From contig PSPG01000001.1 of assembly GCA_003193925.1 (NCBI GenBank), positions 160,001-224,000 on the forward strand: a stretch of 64,000 bases of DNA, given 5' to 3'. A model generated the notes under the pieces. The model was given only the letters and a program-made list of their open reading frames with translations, did no database searches and was not told the origin of the DNA. Below, piece by piece: positions 16,900 to 26,409 of this stretch (the stretch's first letter is position 1; the number at the start of each line of letters is the position of its first letter). This DNA comes from Candidatus Thalassarchaeum betae. Its GTDB lineage: Archaea > Thermoplasmatota > Poseidoniia > Poseidoniales > Thalassarchaeaceae. The translations under genes were made by a program, and so were the position numbers.

Positions 16900-19080
16900 A
16901 TGTCGTCTAATGCGACCCCGCGAGCCGGGGATGATGAAGCACGACTCCGGCGAGTTCCGGTGACTGCGATGCTGCTTCCGTTGCTGCTTTCGGTTATCGC
17001 CCCGGCGTCCTTGCTGGCACCCGTCGGTGCTCAGGACGACCCCCCCGGCTACGCTCCGGAGGACATCTGGTCGGACGAGTACGTATCCCAGATATTCCCT
17101 TGGGGCAACCCCCAAGACGAGCGAGTCCAGTTCAGGATGTATCACGACTACTTCACGATGAAGGACAGGATGCAGTTCCTCGCCGATCGCAACCCCGACA
17201 TCATATCATTCCATGAAGGACTCATCGGCGGCATCAACTCCCGTGGCAACGAGATGGGCTCCGATGACTATGAGGGCTGGTACTACAACCACGCCAGTCC
17301 TTGGGTGAAGATCACAGCGGACGTAACCGGAGGAGATTGCAACGACTTCGTCGGAGACTGCGGCAACTACGCTGACCGTCCCGATGTCATGTTCGTAGGT
17401 AACCACCACGCAAGGGAGTGGATGTCCTACACCGTACCGATGTTGTTCATTGAGACCTTGGTGTACTACTACGGTCAGGCCGGGGTGGACAACGACGGCG
17501 ACGGCCTGATTGACGAGGATGGCTGGGACGGCATCGACAACGATGGGGATTGTTTGAGGCTCGATGCTAGCATTCAGGACTACAATGGCGACGGCGTTGC
17601 ATGCGGTCCCGGGGACTTGGGAGTGGACGAGGACTTCTCGGAGCAGTTCATCACCGACCTCGTCAATTCGAGGGAGATCTATGTGATTCCCATGCTCAAC
17701 GTCGACGGCAATCGCTACGATCGTGAGGAGTACTGCGGCGAGACCGCATGGGAGAACTGCAGGACCAGCGGTTGGAGGAAGAACCTGCGAGACAACACCG
17801 TGACAGGAGTGACACCTTTGCCGGACATCGATGAGGAGGTCGACGAGGGCTGCGACGGGGTCGACCTGAATCGCAACTACCAGTTCGAGTGGGGCGCGCC
17901 TCTCGGCGCGACCGGACCGCTCTTTCCGGGGATGTGCTACGCCGACGGGCCGAACAACGATGTCTACAACGGACCGGTCGACACCGTCGACAACGATGAG
18001 GACGGCAAACTCAACGAGGATCACGTCGACGGCAAGGACGACGACGCGGACGGTCTGGTAGACGAGGACTGGATGGGCGGGCACAGCGAGCCTGAGACCA
18101 AGTTCATCCAGGATTTGACCGAGATGAATGACGACGACGGCGACGGGTCTTCCGAATTCAAGACCACGATCACATGGCACTCGTACTCAGAGCTGGTCCT
18201 ATGGCCATGGGGGCACTGCACCGACTGCATCACCCCCGATGACGTGTATCTCATCTATCATGGGAACATCATGGCTCAGATGACAGATTACGCCCCGATG
18301 CAGTCATCAGACCTGTACCCGACCACCGGAGACTTCTGCGACTGGCATTACGGGGTCCACGATTCTTACTGCTATACCATAGAGATCGGCAACGCCTTCC
18401 ACGAGCTTCCCGAGGACATCGCCCATACCGCAGTTCGAAATCTGGGGATTTCATTCTACATGTCGGAGATTGCCGATGACCCCCGATACAGGGCGATCGT
18501 GGGGATCGAGAACACCACCACCCGTCAGTGGCTGGCAGACCCCGCCAATGTCACTGTCCCGGAGAACGGCGACATACCCATCGAGTTGTGCCTCGATGTC
18601 GCATTCCCCTACACCACTCAGATCGAGCGCACACATCTCATGTGGCGCTTCGTCGAGCCAACTAGGCAGCAGAACGACTTCGGCCCGACAGAATGGGTCG
18701 AAGTCCCATGGAAGATGTCCGCGTTCGCAGAGACTGAGGACCCCTGCGTGCTTCTAGACGGTGCCAACGGCACCCTACTCTCCGCGGACATCCCACTTCC
18801 AGATACCTCGGTCGGCAAGATCCAGTACAAGGCGATGCTAGGCACTACCAACGGGGCCTTCCCGTTCACCTACCCATCCGTGGAGGAGGGATGGAACTAC
18901 TACGAGTTGACGATTCCATACCGGGCCTCCTTCGGCTCTTCGATTCTGGCTGTCCTGATGTTCCTGGTGATAGCCAGCTTCGTCTGGGGCGGCCTCGGCT
19001 ACACCCTGCGGGCGATGTTCGACGATGAGCGTGGCGTGATCGGGCTGCCCGATGAAATTGGCTCGGGTGACGGAGGATGA
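16900..19080 (+). CDS. Secreted, C-terminally anchored M14 zinc carboxypeptidase with Asp-rich Ca-binding inserts
   Basis: Signal peptide (alternative start 16969); HHARE, PMLNVDG, WRKN, GVDLNRN, SEPET, TWHSYS and TIEIG motifs; C-terminal TM helix. Confidence 0.9.
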   Translation: MSSNATPRAGDDEARLRRVPVTAMLLPLLLSVIAPASLLAPVGAQDDPPGYAPEDIWSDEYVSQIFPWGNPQDERVQFRMYHDYFTMKDRMQFLADRNPDIISFHEGLIGGINSRGNEMGSDDYEGWYYNHASPWVKITADVTGGDCNDFVGDCGNYADRPDVMFVGNHHAREWMSYTVPMLFIETLVYYYGQAGVDNDGDGLIDEDGWDGIDNDGDCLRLDASIQDYNGDGVACGPGDLGVDEDFSEQFITDLVNSREIYVIPMLNVDGNRYDREEYCGETAWENCRTSGWRKNLRDNTVTGVTPLPDIDEEVDEGCDGVDLNRNYQFEWGAPLGATGPLFPGMCYADGPNNDVYNGPVDTVDNDEDGKLNEDHVDGKDDDADGLVDEDWMGGHSEPETKFIQDLTEMNDDDGDGSSEFKTTITWHSYSELVLWPWGHCTDCITPDDVYLIYHGNIMAQMTDYAPMQSSDLYPTTGDFCDWHYGVHDSYCYTIEIGNAFHELPEDIAHTAVRNLGISFYMSEIADDPRYRAIVGIENTTTRQWLADPANVTVPENGDIPIELCLDVAFPYTTQIERTHLMWRFVEPTRQQNDFGPTEWVEVPWKMSAFAETEDPCVLLDGANGTLLSADIPLPDTSVGKIQYKAMLGTTNGAFPFTYPSVEEGWNYYELTIPYRASFGSSILAVLMFLVIASFVWGGLGYTLRAMFDDERGVIGLPDEIGSGDGG

Positions 19081-20891
19081 ACCCGCAGTCCGAGCCCTCC
19101 TCGGACCAGTTCAGTGGCCGTCTCGGACTCATCTTCGCCACCATCGGTGCCGCCATCGGCACTGGCAACATCTGGCGCTTCCCGAGGATGGTAGGCGCCA
19201 ACGGCGGCGGCTCCTTCCTCGTGCCGTGGCTCCTCTTCCTATTCCTCTGGTCGATTCCGCTCATCATCGCCGAGTTCGCGCTGGGCAAGCGCAGCAGGAC
19301 CGGGACCGTCGGCACCTTCCGCATCTTCGCCGGCCGCAACTTCGCTTGGTTGGGGCTGTGGACGGCGTGGATTTCGACTGCAATCGGCTTCTACTACGCA
19401 GTAGTAACAGGATGGTGCCTCAACTACTTCCAAGCCGCCATGCGGGGCGGACTGGCCGAGGGTGTCGACACCATTGAGGTCTGGAACAACTTCCTCCAGG
19501 CACCCGGCCAGGTCATCATCTTCCAAGCGGTCGCGATACTGATCACGATGGCCGCCATCTGGCGCGGGGCGAGGGCCATCGAGAAGGCCAACGTCTGGCT
19601 GATGACATCCCTCTTCGTTCTCCTGTTCGTCGCCCTCTTCCTCGCTTTCGTGATGGACTTCGAGGACGGCACCCTCGACGGCTTCGTCTTCATGTTCACC
19701 ATCCAGCCCGAGTATCTGATGCAGCCTGAGACCTGGATCAACGGCCTCTCGCAGTCAGCATGGTCCTGCTCTGCCGGGATGGGCATGGCCATCACCTACT
19801 CGGTGTACATGCGCAAGGACGAGGACACCACCCTCAACGCCGCCACTATGTGCCTAGCCAACAACAGCGTCTCGATCATCGCAGGACTCACCGTGATGAT
19901 GGCTGTGTTCGCAGTGGTCGACGACCCGCTCAGCGCGGTCGGCGGCGGCAGTTCGGCAATCACCTTCCTCGTACTGCCGGAGGTCTTCGCGCAGGCCCCA
20001 GGCGGCCCCGCGACCCAGCTTCTGATGGTCGCAGTCTTCTTCCTCGCCCTCTCGTTCGCAGCGCTGACCTCGATGATCTCGACAGTCGAGCTGTGCGTGC
20101 GCAACTTCGTCGACCACGGCGTCGACCGCTCGCAGGCGGTCGGCTTCACCGGCGCGGCCATCTTCCTCTTCGGCCTGCCGAGCGCGGGTCTGTGGATCCT
20201 CGTGGACGACTCGACAGGCGTGGCCTTCCCGCAGTTCCTCGAGGTGCAGGACCACATCTGGGGCTACGGCCTGCTGTTCAGCGGGTTGTTCATCGCCTAC
20301 AGCATCTGGAAGTACGGCTGGAGCCGTTACAAGTCGTGGCAGGAGGAGAACGAGGTCGAGGACTTCGACATGGGAGACTACGTGGAGAACGGCGTCTCGG
20401 CGTTCCGCGACGACTTCATCAACACCGGCGACAACGACTGGTGGATCGGGCGCTGGTGGGACGTCATCATGTACATCGGGTTCCCGGCGATGTTCTCCAT
20501 CCTGATACTCTCCTACTTCGCCGACCTGCTGACCACCGTGCACGACCCGTGGAACCCCTCGAACCCGGACGGCATCTCAATCATCCTGCTGTTCTGGGGG
20601 GTCACGGCATCCATCTTCTTCTCGCTGAACAAGTATGTCCTCGTCAACCGGATGGTCCCGACGACCGACTCCCGGTGGCCTCTCTATATCTTCTCAAGAG
20701 ACTTCGAGCTTGAGCCGCGCCCGCTGTTCCGCAACGTCCCCGAGGGCGCGGACGCGTCGATTGACATGCTGCCGGGAGGCGACGACCCGTTCGTCGTACA
20801 GTCCGGGGCAGAATTACCGGATTCATTCGTCGACGAACACGGCGAGATCCGCAGCCACTCTATGGCAACAGTTGAAGCGGAATTCGCGTGA
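19077..20891 (+). CDS. Sodium-dependent amino-acid transporter, NSS/SNF (LeuT-like) family
   Basis: GAAIGTGNIWRFP, NGGGSFLVPW and FFLALSFAALTSMIS motifs; ATGA overlap with the M14 gene. Confidence 0.95.
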   Translation: MNPQSEPSSDQFSGRLGLIFATIGAAIGTGNIWRFPRMVGANGGGSFLVPWLLFLFLWSIPLIIAEFALGKRSRTGTVGTFRIFAGRNFAWLGLWTAWISTAIGFYYAVVTGWCLNYFQAAMRGGLAEGVDTIEVWNNFLQAPGQVIIFQAVAILITMAAIWRGARAIEKANVWLMTSLFVLLFVALFLAFVMDFEDGTLDGFVFMFTIQPEYLMQPETWINGLSQSAWSCSAGMGMAITYSVYMRKDEDTTLNAATMCLANNSVSIIAGLTVMMAVFAVVDDPLSAVGGGSSAITFLVLPEVFAQAPGGPATQLLMVAVFFLALSFAALTSMISTVELCVRNFVDHGVDRSQAVGFTGAAIFLFGLPSAGLWILVDDSTGVAFPQFLEVQDHIWGYGLLFSGLFIAYSIWKYGWSRYKSWQEENEVEDFDMGDYVENGVSAFRDDFINTGDNDWWIGRWWDVIMYIGFPAMFSILILSYFADLLTTVHDPWNPSNPDGISIILLFWGVTASIFFSLNKYVLVNRMVPTTDSRWPLYIFSRDFELEPRPLFRNVPEGADASIDMLPGGDDPFVVQSGAELPDSFVDEHGEIRSHSMATVEAEFA

Positions 20892-22339
20892 GTCCGACCA
20901 TGTCCGAGCCGGCACGCTGGGAGCTCCGCTGGTCCGAGGTCGCAGTTCTTGATGGCAACGCTGCGGCGTTGGGCATCGATGAATCCTCTCTGATGGATGC
21001 CGCCGGCATGGCGCTGGCCGAGGCGGCAGCAGAGATGGCCGACGGAGCGGTGCTGGTGCTGTGCGGGCCGGGCAACAACGGCGGCGATGGCTTCGTCGCC
21101 GCGCGTTACCTGCGTGAGTGGGGCACCGAGGTGTCCGTGTTGGCCAGTCATGCCATCTCGCGCGGCGAGACCGCGCGCGAGGCCCGGAGATCGACAGGAG
21201 CGGAGGTCCGCGTCTGGCCGGAGCAGCCGTCCGGGGAGAGGACCCTCGTGGTCGACTGCTTGCTCGGTGCTGGGGCTGCGGGCCCCGGGTACAGCCTCAG
21301 GGGACCAATCAAGGAGATTGCGGCGTGGGCTGGGGGGCTCGGACTACCGGTCCTGGCATGTGACATCCCAACAGGCTTGGGAGGGCCCGACGCTCTGCAA
21401 GCGGATGCCACAATTACATTCCATAGTATGAAGGAGGGATTGGCCTCAACCGGCTCGGGGGTTGTAACAGTGGCGCCGCTTCCCTGGCCGGCCGATGTGG
21501 AGAATTGCGGCTCTGGCGATGCGGCCCGCTATCCGCCACTGGATGCCTCGGCTCGCAAGGGCGACCGCGGCAGGTTGTGGGTCATCGGCGGCGGGCCGTA
21601 CCACGGCGCTCCCCTACTCGCAGGCATGGCCGCCGCTCGCAGCGGTTGCGACCTCGTCCACGTGGCGATGCCGAGCGCTGCCGCGGCAAGGGCCGAGTGG
21701 CCGCCGACTCTGATTCCCGAGGTCCTGCCTGACGAGGACAAGCTGACCGAGGCCTCACTCGCACACGTAGCCAGCGCGTTCGGAGCCCGTGGAGCACAGG
21801 CGTTGGTGATCGGGCCGGGACTGGGCAGGGACGAGGCCACCATGCACGCGGTAGGCGCACTCCTCAAGCAGGCTTCGCAGAAGGGCATCCCAGTGGTGGT
21901 CGACGCTGACGCAATCAACGCCCTACCCAAGGGGGCATGGCCAGTCGGCCTGCAAGGTGTTGCGACCCCCCACCCCAAGGAGGCCGAGCGCTGGCTCGAA
22001 GGAGCATCACCAGTGGAGGCCTTGGCCGACTGCTCGGGTGAGTCGGTGACCATCGTGGTCACCGGACCCGAGGACTCCCTCACCGGCCCGGAGGGCCGGG
22101 TCTGCCGCGCCACCGGCGGTCACTCTCGCATGGCTGTGGGCGGCACTGGCGACCTTCTTGCTGGGACGATAGGCGGGCTGCTTGCCCAAGGCATGGCAGC
22201 TTGGCCGGCAGCGAGACTCGGCTGCGCGCTGCTGCGCGAGGCCGGTGCGCGCGCAGCCCAGGGCACGGGCCCCGGGCTGCTCGCGGAGGACGTTCCCGTG
22301 GAGCTAGCCAGAGTCCTGTCGGAGTGGACCGAGGGCTAG
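20888..22339 (+). CDS. nnr: Bifunctional NAD(P)H-hydrate epimerase/dehydratase
   Basis: CGPGNNGGDG, DIPTG, GPGLG, VVDADA, TPHPKE and GGTGDLLAG motifs. Confidence 0.93.
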   Translation: MSPTMSEPARWELRWSEVAVLDGNAAALGIDESSLMDAAGMALAEAAAEMADGAVLVLCGPGNNGGDGFVAARYLREWGTEVSVLASHAISRGETAREARRSTGAEVRVWPEQPSGERTLVVDCLLGAGAAGPGYSLRGPIKEIAAWAGGLGLPVLACDIPTGLGGPDALQADATITFHSMKEGLASTGSGVVTVAPLPWPADVENCGSGDAARYPPLDASARKGDRGRLWVIGGGPYHGAPLLAGMAAARSGCDLVHVAMPSAAAARAEWPPTLIPEVLPDEDKLTEASLAHVASAFGARGAQALVIGPGLGRDEATMHAVGALLKQASQKGIPVVVDADAINALPKGAWPVGLQGVATPHPKEAERWLEGASPVEALADCSGESVTIVVTGPEDSLTGPEGRVCRATGGHSRMAVGGTGDLLAGTIGGLLAQGMAAWPAARLGCALLREAGARAAQGTGPGLLAEDVPVELARVLSEWTEG

Positions 22340-22340
22340 C

Positions 22341-22814
22341 ATGCTGGTGAGCGAGGAGTACCCGTGGCGCAAGCTGCTGCGCGAGTACGCGACCTACTGC
22401 GCTGTGGGCTGCATCAACGTCGTGGTCTTCTTCGTGCTCTACGATTGGCTGTACGGAATGGGTCTGTCCGAGCGGTTCCCGGCCGCCAGCGCATGGGCGA
22501 TCGCCTACTTCGTCAGTTCTTGGCAGGCGCACTTCCTGCACCGTTGGCTCACCTTCGAGTCACCGACCGGATACACCCGGAGCCTCACCGTGATGATGGT
22601 GATCTACACCATTCTGTGGGCTATCTCGACCGTCTCGATAGCCTACTTCAGCGACACCCTCGGATACAATCACCTCTATTCGTGGGCCGCCAACACAGCA
22701 GCCTTCGGGTTCCTCACCTTCCTCGCACTGCGAATCTTCGCGTTCCCGCTCTCGGACGGCCGCATCACGCGCAAAGAACGCCTCGAGCAGTACAAAGAGC
22801 GGCGTAGGGCTTGA
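22341..22814 (+). CDS. GtrA-family membrane protein
   Basis: YCAVGCIN...HRWLTF pattern and four TM helices. Confidence 0.8.
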   Translation: MLVSEEYPWRKLLREYATYCAVGCINVVVFFVLYDWLYGMGLSERFPAASAWAIAYFVSSWQAHFLHRWLTFESPTGYTRSLTVMMVIYTILWAISTVSIAYFSDTLGYNHLYSWAANTAAFGFLTFLALRIFAFPLSDGRITRKERLEQYKERRRA

Positions 22815-22838
22815 AGTGGGCTTGTTCGTGGCGCGGCC

Positions 22839-24095
22839 GTGACCCAGGGGGTACGAGGCACCCGGGACTTCTATCCCGGGGACATGCGGGTACGCAACTG
22901 GCTGTTCGACAACTTCCGCAGCGCTGCGCGCAGCCACGGCTTTGAGGAGTACGACTCCCCGGTGCTCGAGTACGAGGAGCTCTACACCCGCAAGCAGGGC
23001 GAGGAGATAACCCAGCAGTTGTACAACTTCGAGGACAAGGGCGAGCGCAGGGTCGCTCTGCGCCCTGAGATGACGCCGTCCCTCGCTCGCATGGTGATGG
23101 CCAGAGCCAGTGCTCTGCCCACGCCGATCAAGTGGTTCTCGATTCCGCAGTGCTGGCGCTACGAACGCACCCAACGCGGACGCGGGCGCGAACACTACCA
23201 GTGGAACGTAGACGTCTGGGGCACGGAGGCGCTGGAGGCTGACGTCGAACTGCTTTCGGTGCTCGTGACCTTCTTCGAGGGGGTCGGCCTGAGCGCCGAC
23301 GACCTCGTCATCAGTATCAGCAGCCGCAAGGTGCTCGAGGAGGTGCTCGGCTCGCTCGGGATCTCAGGGGATGCCTTCGCGGCGACCTGCATCGTCGTCG
23401 ACAAGATGGGCAAACTCCCGGACGATGTCGTCGCAGAGCAACTCGCAGAGCAGGGACTTGGCGCGGATGCGGTAGCCACCATCCAGTCGACTCTGGCACT
23501 CAGGGATCTGGATTCGCTCGCAGGAGCGCTGGGTGGGGGCAGCGCAGCCGTGGCAGAGCTGGTGGCATTGTTCGATTTGGTCGATGCCTATGGCATCGCA
23601 GACTGGGTCGCCTTCGACGCCTCGGTGGTACGGGGGCTGGCCTACTACACCGGACCCGTCTTCGAGGCGCACGACCGCGCCGGAAATCTTCGCGCCATCT
23701 GTGGCGGCGGGCGCTACGACAGGCTGCTGTCGAGCCTCGGCGGCAACGACATGCCGGCCACCGGCTTCGGCTTCGGTGACATGGTCATCATGGAGCTGCT
23801 GATGGAAGAGGGACTCGTGCCAGACTTGCCTTCGGGCAACGAGGACATCGTAATCGCCCTGAGCGAGGATCTCCGACCTGCCGCTATGTCGGTCGCCGCC
23901 AGGCTGAGGGCCAGCGGGCGCTCGGTCGACCTAGTGCTCGAGGACAAGCGCATGAAGTGGGCCTTCCGGCACGCCGAGCGCAGCGGCGCTCAGAGGCTGG
24001 TGATGGTCATGCCCGAGGAGTGGGCCGCCGGCAATGTCAGGATCAAGCAGCTCGAAAGCGGCGAGGAGTCAGACGTCGCCTTGGGCGATCTGTGA
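22839..24095 (+). CDS. hisS: Histidine--tRNA ligase
   Basis: RGTRDF, LRPEMT, RYERTQRGRGREHYQ, RGLAYYTG and GGGRYD motifs. Confidence 0.97.
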   Translation: MTQGVRGTRDFYPGDMRVRNWLFDNFRSAARSHGFEEYDSPVLEYEELYTRKQGEEITQQLYNFEDKGERRVALRPEMTPSLARMVMARASALPTPIKWFSIPQCWRYERTQRGRGREHYQWNVDVWGTEALEADVELLSVLVTFFEGVGLSADDLVISISSRKVLEEVLGSLGISGDAFAATCIVVDKMGKLPDDVVAEQLAEQGLGADAVATIQSTLALRDLDSLAGALGGGSAAVAELVALFDLVDAYGIADWVAFDASVVRGLAYYTGPVFEAHDRAGNLRAICGGGRYDRLLSSLGGNDMPATGFGFGDMVIMELLMEEGLVPDLPSGNEDIVIALSEDLRPAAMSVAARLRASGRSVDLVLEDKRMKWAFRHAERSGAQRLVMVMPEEWAAGNVRIKQLESGEESDVALGDL

Positions 24096-24914
24096 TCACT
24101 CTTCGCGAGAGAGTCTGCTAGCACCGACCGCGGCCAGTGCCAGAGCACCGATGCCGGCTACGAGTCCGAATCCCGGTAGAGCATCTGATACCGCGTCTCC
24201 GATTCCACCGTCACCACCGCCTTCTCCAGGGATGGTCTGGTTAACTACAGGGAACCCGACTTCAGCACTGTCATTGCCAGGTGTATGGTAATACATCCTA
24301 AATGAACCGCCACAATAGAAGAAGATACAAGTGAAGGGACTGTCATAACCAGGATACGAATACTCAACCCTAAGTTGAGGTTCCTGAGTGCGATTAAATC
24401 TGGTCATATTTTTATCAATGTTGATATCCCAAGTCACAGTGTCATCCTGACCGGATCTATCAACCGAAGGAAACTCCTGCCTCGCTATTTGAAAAGTCCC
24501 TTTGTACAATGTTAGATTCAGATTCTCGCACTTCCGATCACCTGTACACTCACCGTCAGCATCAATATTGAAATTCAGTAAAATCTGAATAGTTCCATTC
24601 GGGTTAAGATACATGTCTTGCTTGAATGACTCCTCCATCTTGCAGGTGTAGTCCATCTCAATTTGCTGTCCATTCTGATTTGGCCACACTTCTTCCCCGT
24701 ATCCTTGTTCGGCTGAACCAGTAGTATCGTTTCCATCAAAATGAGCAAAACAATTGCTTAGGTCATCATTTCCATAGATGTGCATGTGGGGATTGTCGAC
24801 AGAGGGCTGCTTGGGGTCCTGAACCACATCCTGCGCGCTCGCGGGCGCGGCCACGGCCGACAGGGCTAGCAGCAGGGCCAGTCCCAAGGCGTGTGCAGCA
24901 TGGTGCGTCTGCAT
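24096..24914 (-). CDS. Secreted surface protein with PGF-CTERM archaeosortase-type sorting signal
   Basis: N-terminal signal peptide (…APASA); C-terminus is a G-rich linker, LPGF, a TM helix and RLSREE. Confidence 0.8.
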   Translation of the reverse strand: MQTHHAAHALGLALLLALSAVAAPASAQDVVQDPKQPSVDNPHMHIYGNDDLSNCFAHFDGNDTTGSAEQGYGEEVWPNQNGQQIEMDYTCKMEESFKQDMYLNPNGTIQILLNFNIDADGECTGDRKCENLNLTLYKGTFQIARQEFPSVDRSGQDDTVTWDINIDKNMTRFNRTQEPQLRVEYSYPGYDSPFTCIFFYCGGSFRMYYHTPGNDSAEVGFPVVNQTIPGEGGGDGGIGDAVSDALPGFGLVAGIGALALAAVGASRLSREE

Positions 24915-24967
24915 GTTTCCGACTCCAAATGCTCCCTGTTTGAGACTTACCCCGTTCTGGGCCCCCT

Positions 24968-26083
24968 TCAATCGAACCTGTGGAATCCGCCTTCCGCGGT
25001 ACTGCGCCCCTTCCGGGCGATGTTCAGGGCCTCTCCGAGCATATCTGCGCTCATCATCTCCTGGTCGATGCGCGAGTTGGCCACTCCGGTGATGATCGAC
25101 ATGACCTTGATGGTGTCTCCGAAGGCGGGGTCCTGGCGGGCCCCGAAGATGACGTTGGCCTCCGAGGACAGCCTCGACGTCATCAGGTCACAGACCTGGT
25201 TGGCCTGCTCGAGGGTCATGTACGGGCCTCCTGTGACGTGGATGAGCGCACCCGTGGCACCGTCGATGTCGATGTCGAGCAGCGGGTGGTTGAGTGATTC
25301 GTGCACCACCTCCTCCGGCCCCTGGTCGCTCTCGCCGTAGAGCATCATCGTCACGCCACCCCCCTTCATGATGCTCCGGACGTCGGCGAAGTCGAGGTTG
25401 ATCAGGCTCGGCAGGGTGATGGTCTCGACCACTCCCTTGACTATCTCGGCGATGAGCTGGTCCATGATGCTGAAGGCCTCGTCAAGAGGCAGGTTAGGCA
25501 CGAAGTGCAGGAGCCTGTTGTTGTCGAGGACGAGCACCGCGTCGGCCGCCTTCCGGAGCAACTCCAACCCCTCGAGCGCCCGCTGCATTCTCTGCCTGCG
25601 CTCGACGGAGAAAGGAGTCGTGACGATGGCGACGACGAGGGCACCGGAGCGCTTGGCCTCCTCTGAGACAATCGGCGCGATGCCGGTGCCAGTGCCACCG
25701 CCTAGGCCTGCGGTGACGAAGACGAGGTCAGCCCCACTGACTATCTTGGCGATGACCTCTCGCCCAGCCTCGGCGCAGCGTCTTCCGGTGACGGGGTCAC
25801 CGCCGGCTCCAAGACCCCTCGTGATGTGCCTACCGATCAGCAGTTTCTGCATCGCCCTGGTGTGGTCGAGATGCTGCTTGTCGGTGTTGATCGCTACAGT
25901 GACAGCGCCTTCGACGCCGATGTGGGTGATTCGATTCATCGTGTTGTTGCCAGAGCCGCCGCAACCGCAGACCAGGATGCGCGGGTCGGGAGGTCCGAAA
26001 GACTCGAGTTCACGGTCAGTAAGAGCGGTCGGGATCCTACCATCTGGAATCTGGTCAATCGCTGACGCCGGCGCCTCCGTCAT
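24968..26083 (-). CDS. ftsZ: Cell division protein FtsZ
   Basis: GCGGSGNN, NTD, GLGAGG, GLGGGTGTG and NLDFADV motifs. Confidence 0.96.
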   Translation of the reverse strand: MTEAPASAIDQIPDGRIPTALTDRELESFGPPDPRILVCGCGGSGNNTMNRITHIGVEGAVTVAINTDKQHLDHTRAMQKLLIGRHITRGLGAGGDPVTGRRCAEAGREVIAKIVSGADLVFVTAGLGGGTGTGIAPIVSEEAKRSGALVVAIVTTPFSVERRQRMQRALEGLELLRKAADAVLVLDNNRLLHFVPNLPLDEAFSIMDQLIAEIVKGVVETITLPSLINLDFADVRSIMKGGGVTMMLYGESDQGPEEVVHESLNHPLLDIDIDGATGALIHVTGGPYMTLEQANQVCDLMTSRLSSEANVIFGARQDPAFGDTIKVMSIITGVANSRIDQEMMSADMLGEALNIARKGRSTAEGGFHRFD

Positions 26084-26239
26084 TCGTCTTACCCCAGTGC
26101 ATCCCCGGCATCGCTGCCTACGGTCGCGAAGTGCCTTTCTTGGCCTTCTTAACTTTGAGGGAAGTGAGGGAGTCATCGAGGCGATTATTCAGGGGTCTCC
26201 GGAAAGCGAGATAAGGAGGGGGTCGCTCCATTGGCATGG

Positions 26240-26329
26240 CCGCGCTTAGCTCAGTTGGCTAGAGCACCTGACTGTAGACTGGAAACACTTGGTTGTAGGC
26301 AGCCATCAGGGGGTCCCCGGTTCAAGTCC
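26240..26329 (+). tRNA. tRNA-Tyr(GUA) with 27-nt BHB intron (26278-26304), 3'-truncated as assembled
   Basis: C1 acceptor strand CCGCGCT, D-arm GCTC/GAGC and anticodon stem CCTGA/TCAGG with GTA. The intron is at 37/38 with a bulge-helix-bulge (CUGU:GCAG). The T-arm reads CCCGG-TTCAAGT-CC, and the expected GGG AGCGCGG A is absent. Confidence 0.75.
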
Positions 26330-26409
26330 TCTCTCGACAGGCCCACTCGGACAATGTGGGCAGACTGATAAAGGGGGGTTTGGTCGGCAGGCCGCTACGA
26401 GGTCTGACT

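Noticed and set aside
17480-18150. GACGACGAC/GACGGC-rich stretches as a DNA repeat array or CRISPR
   Set aside because: They are coding Asp/Gly repeats within the M14 ORF, with no constant repeat-spacer period. No CRISPR array or cas gene was seen anywhere in the window.
26195-26240. TCCGGAAAGCGAGA upstream of tRNA-Tyr as the 3' half of a permuted tRNA
   Set aside because: It only loosely resembles the required TCCGGGAGCGCGGA and cannot pair fully with the CCGCGCT acceptor strand. It sits where the BRE/TATA promoter is expected.
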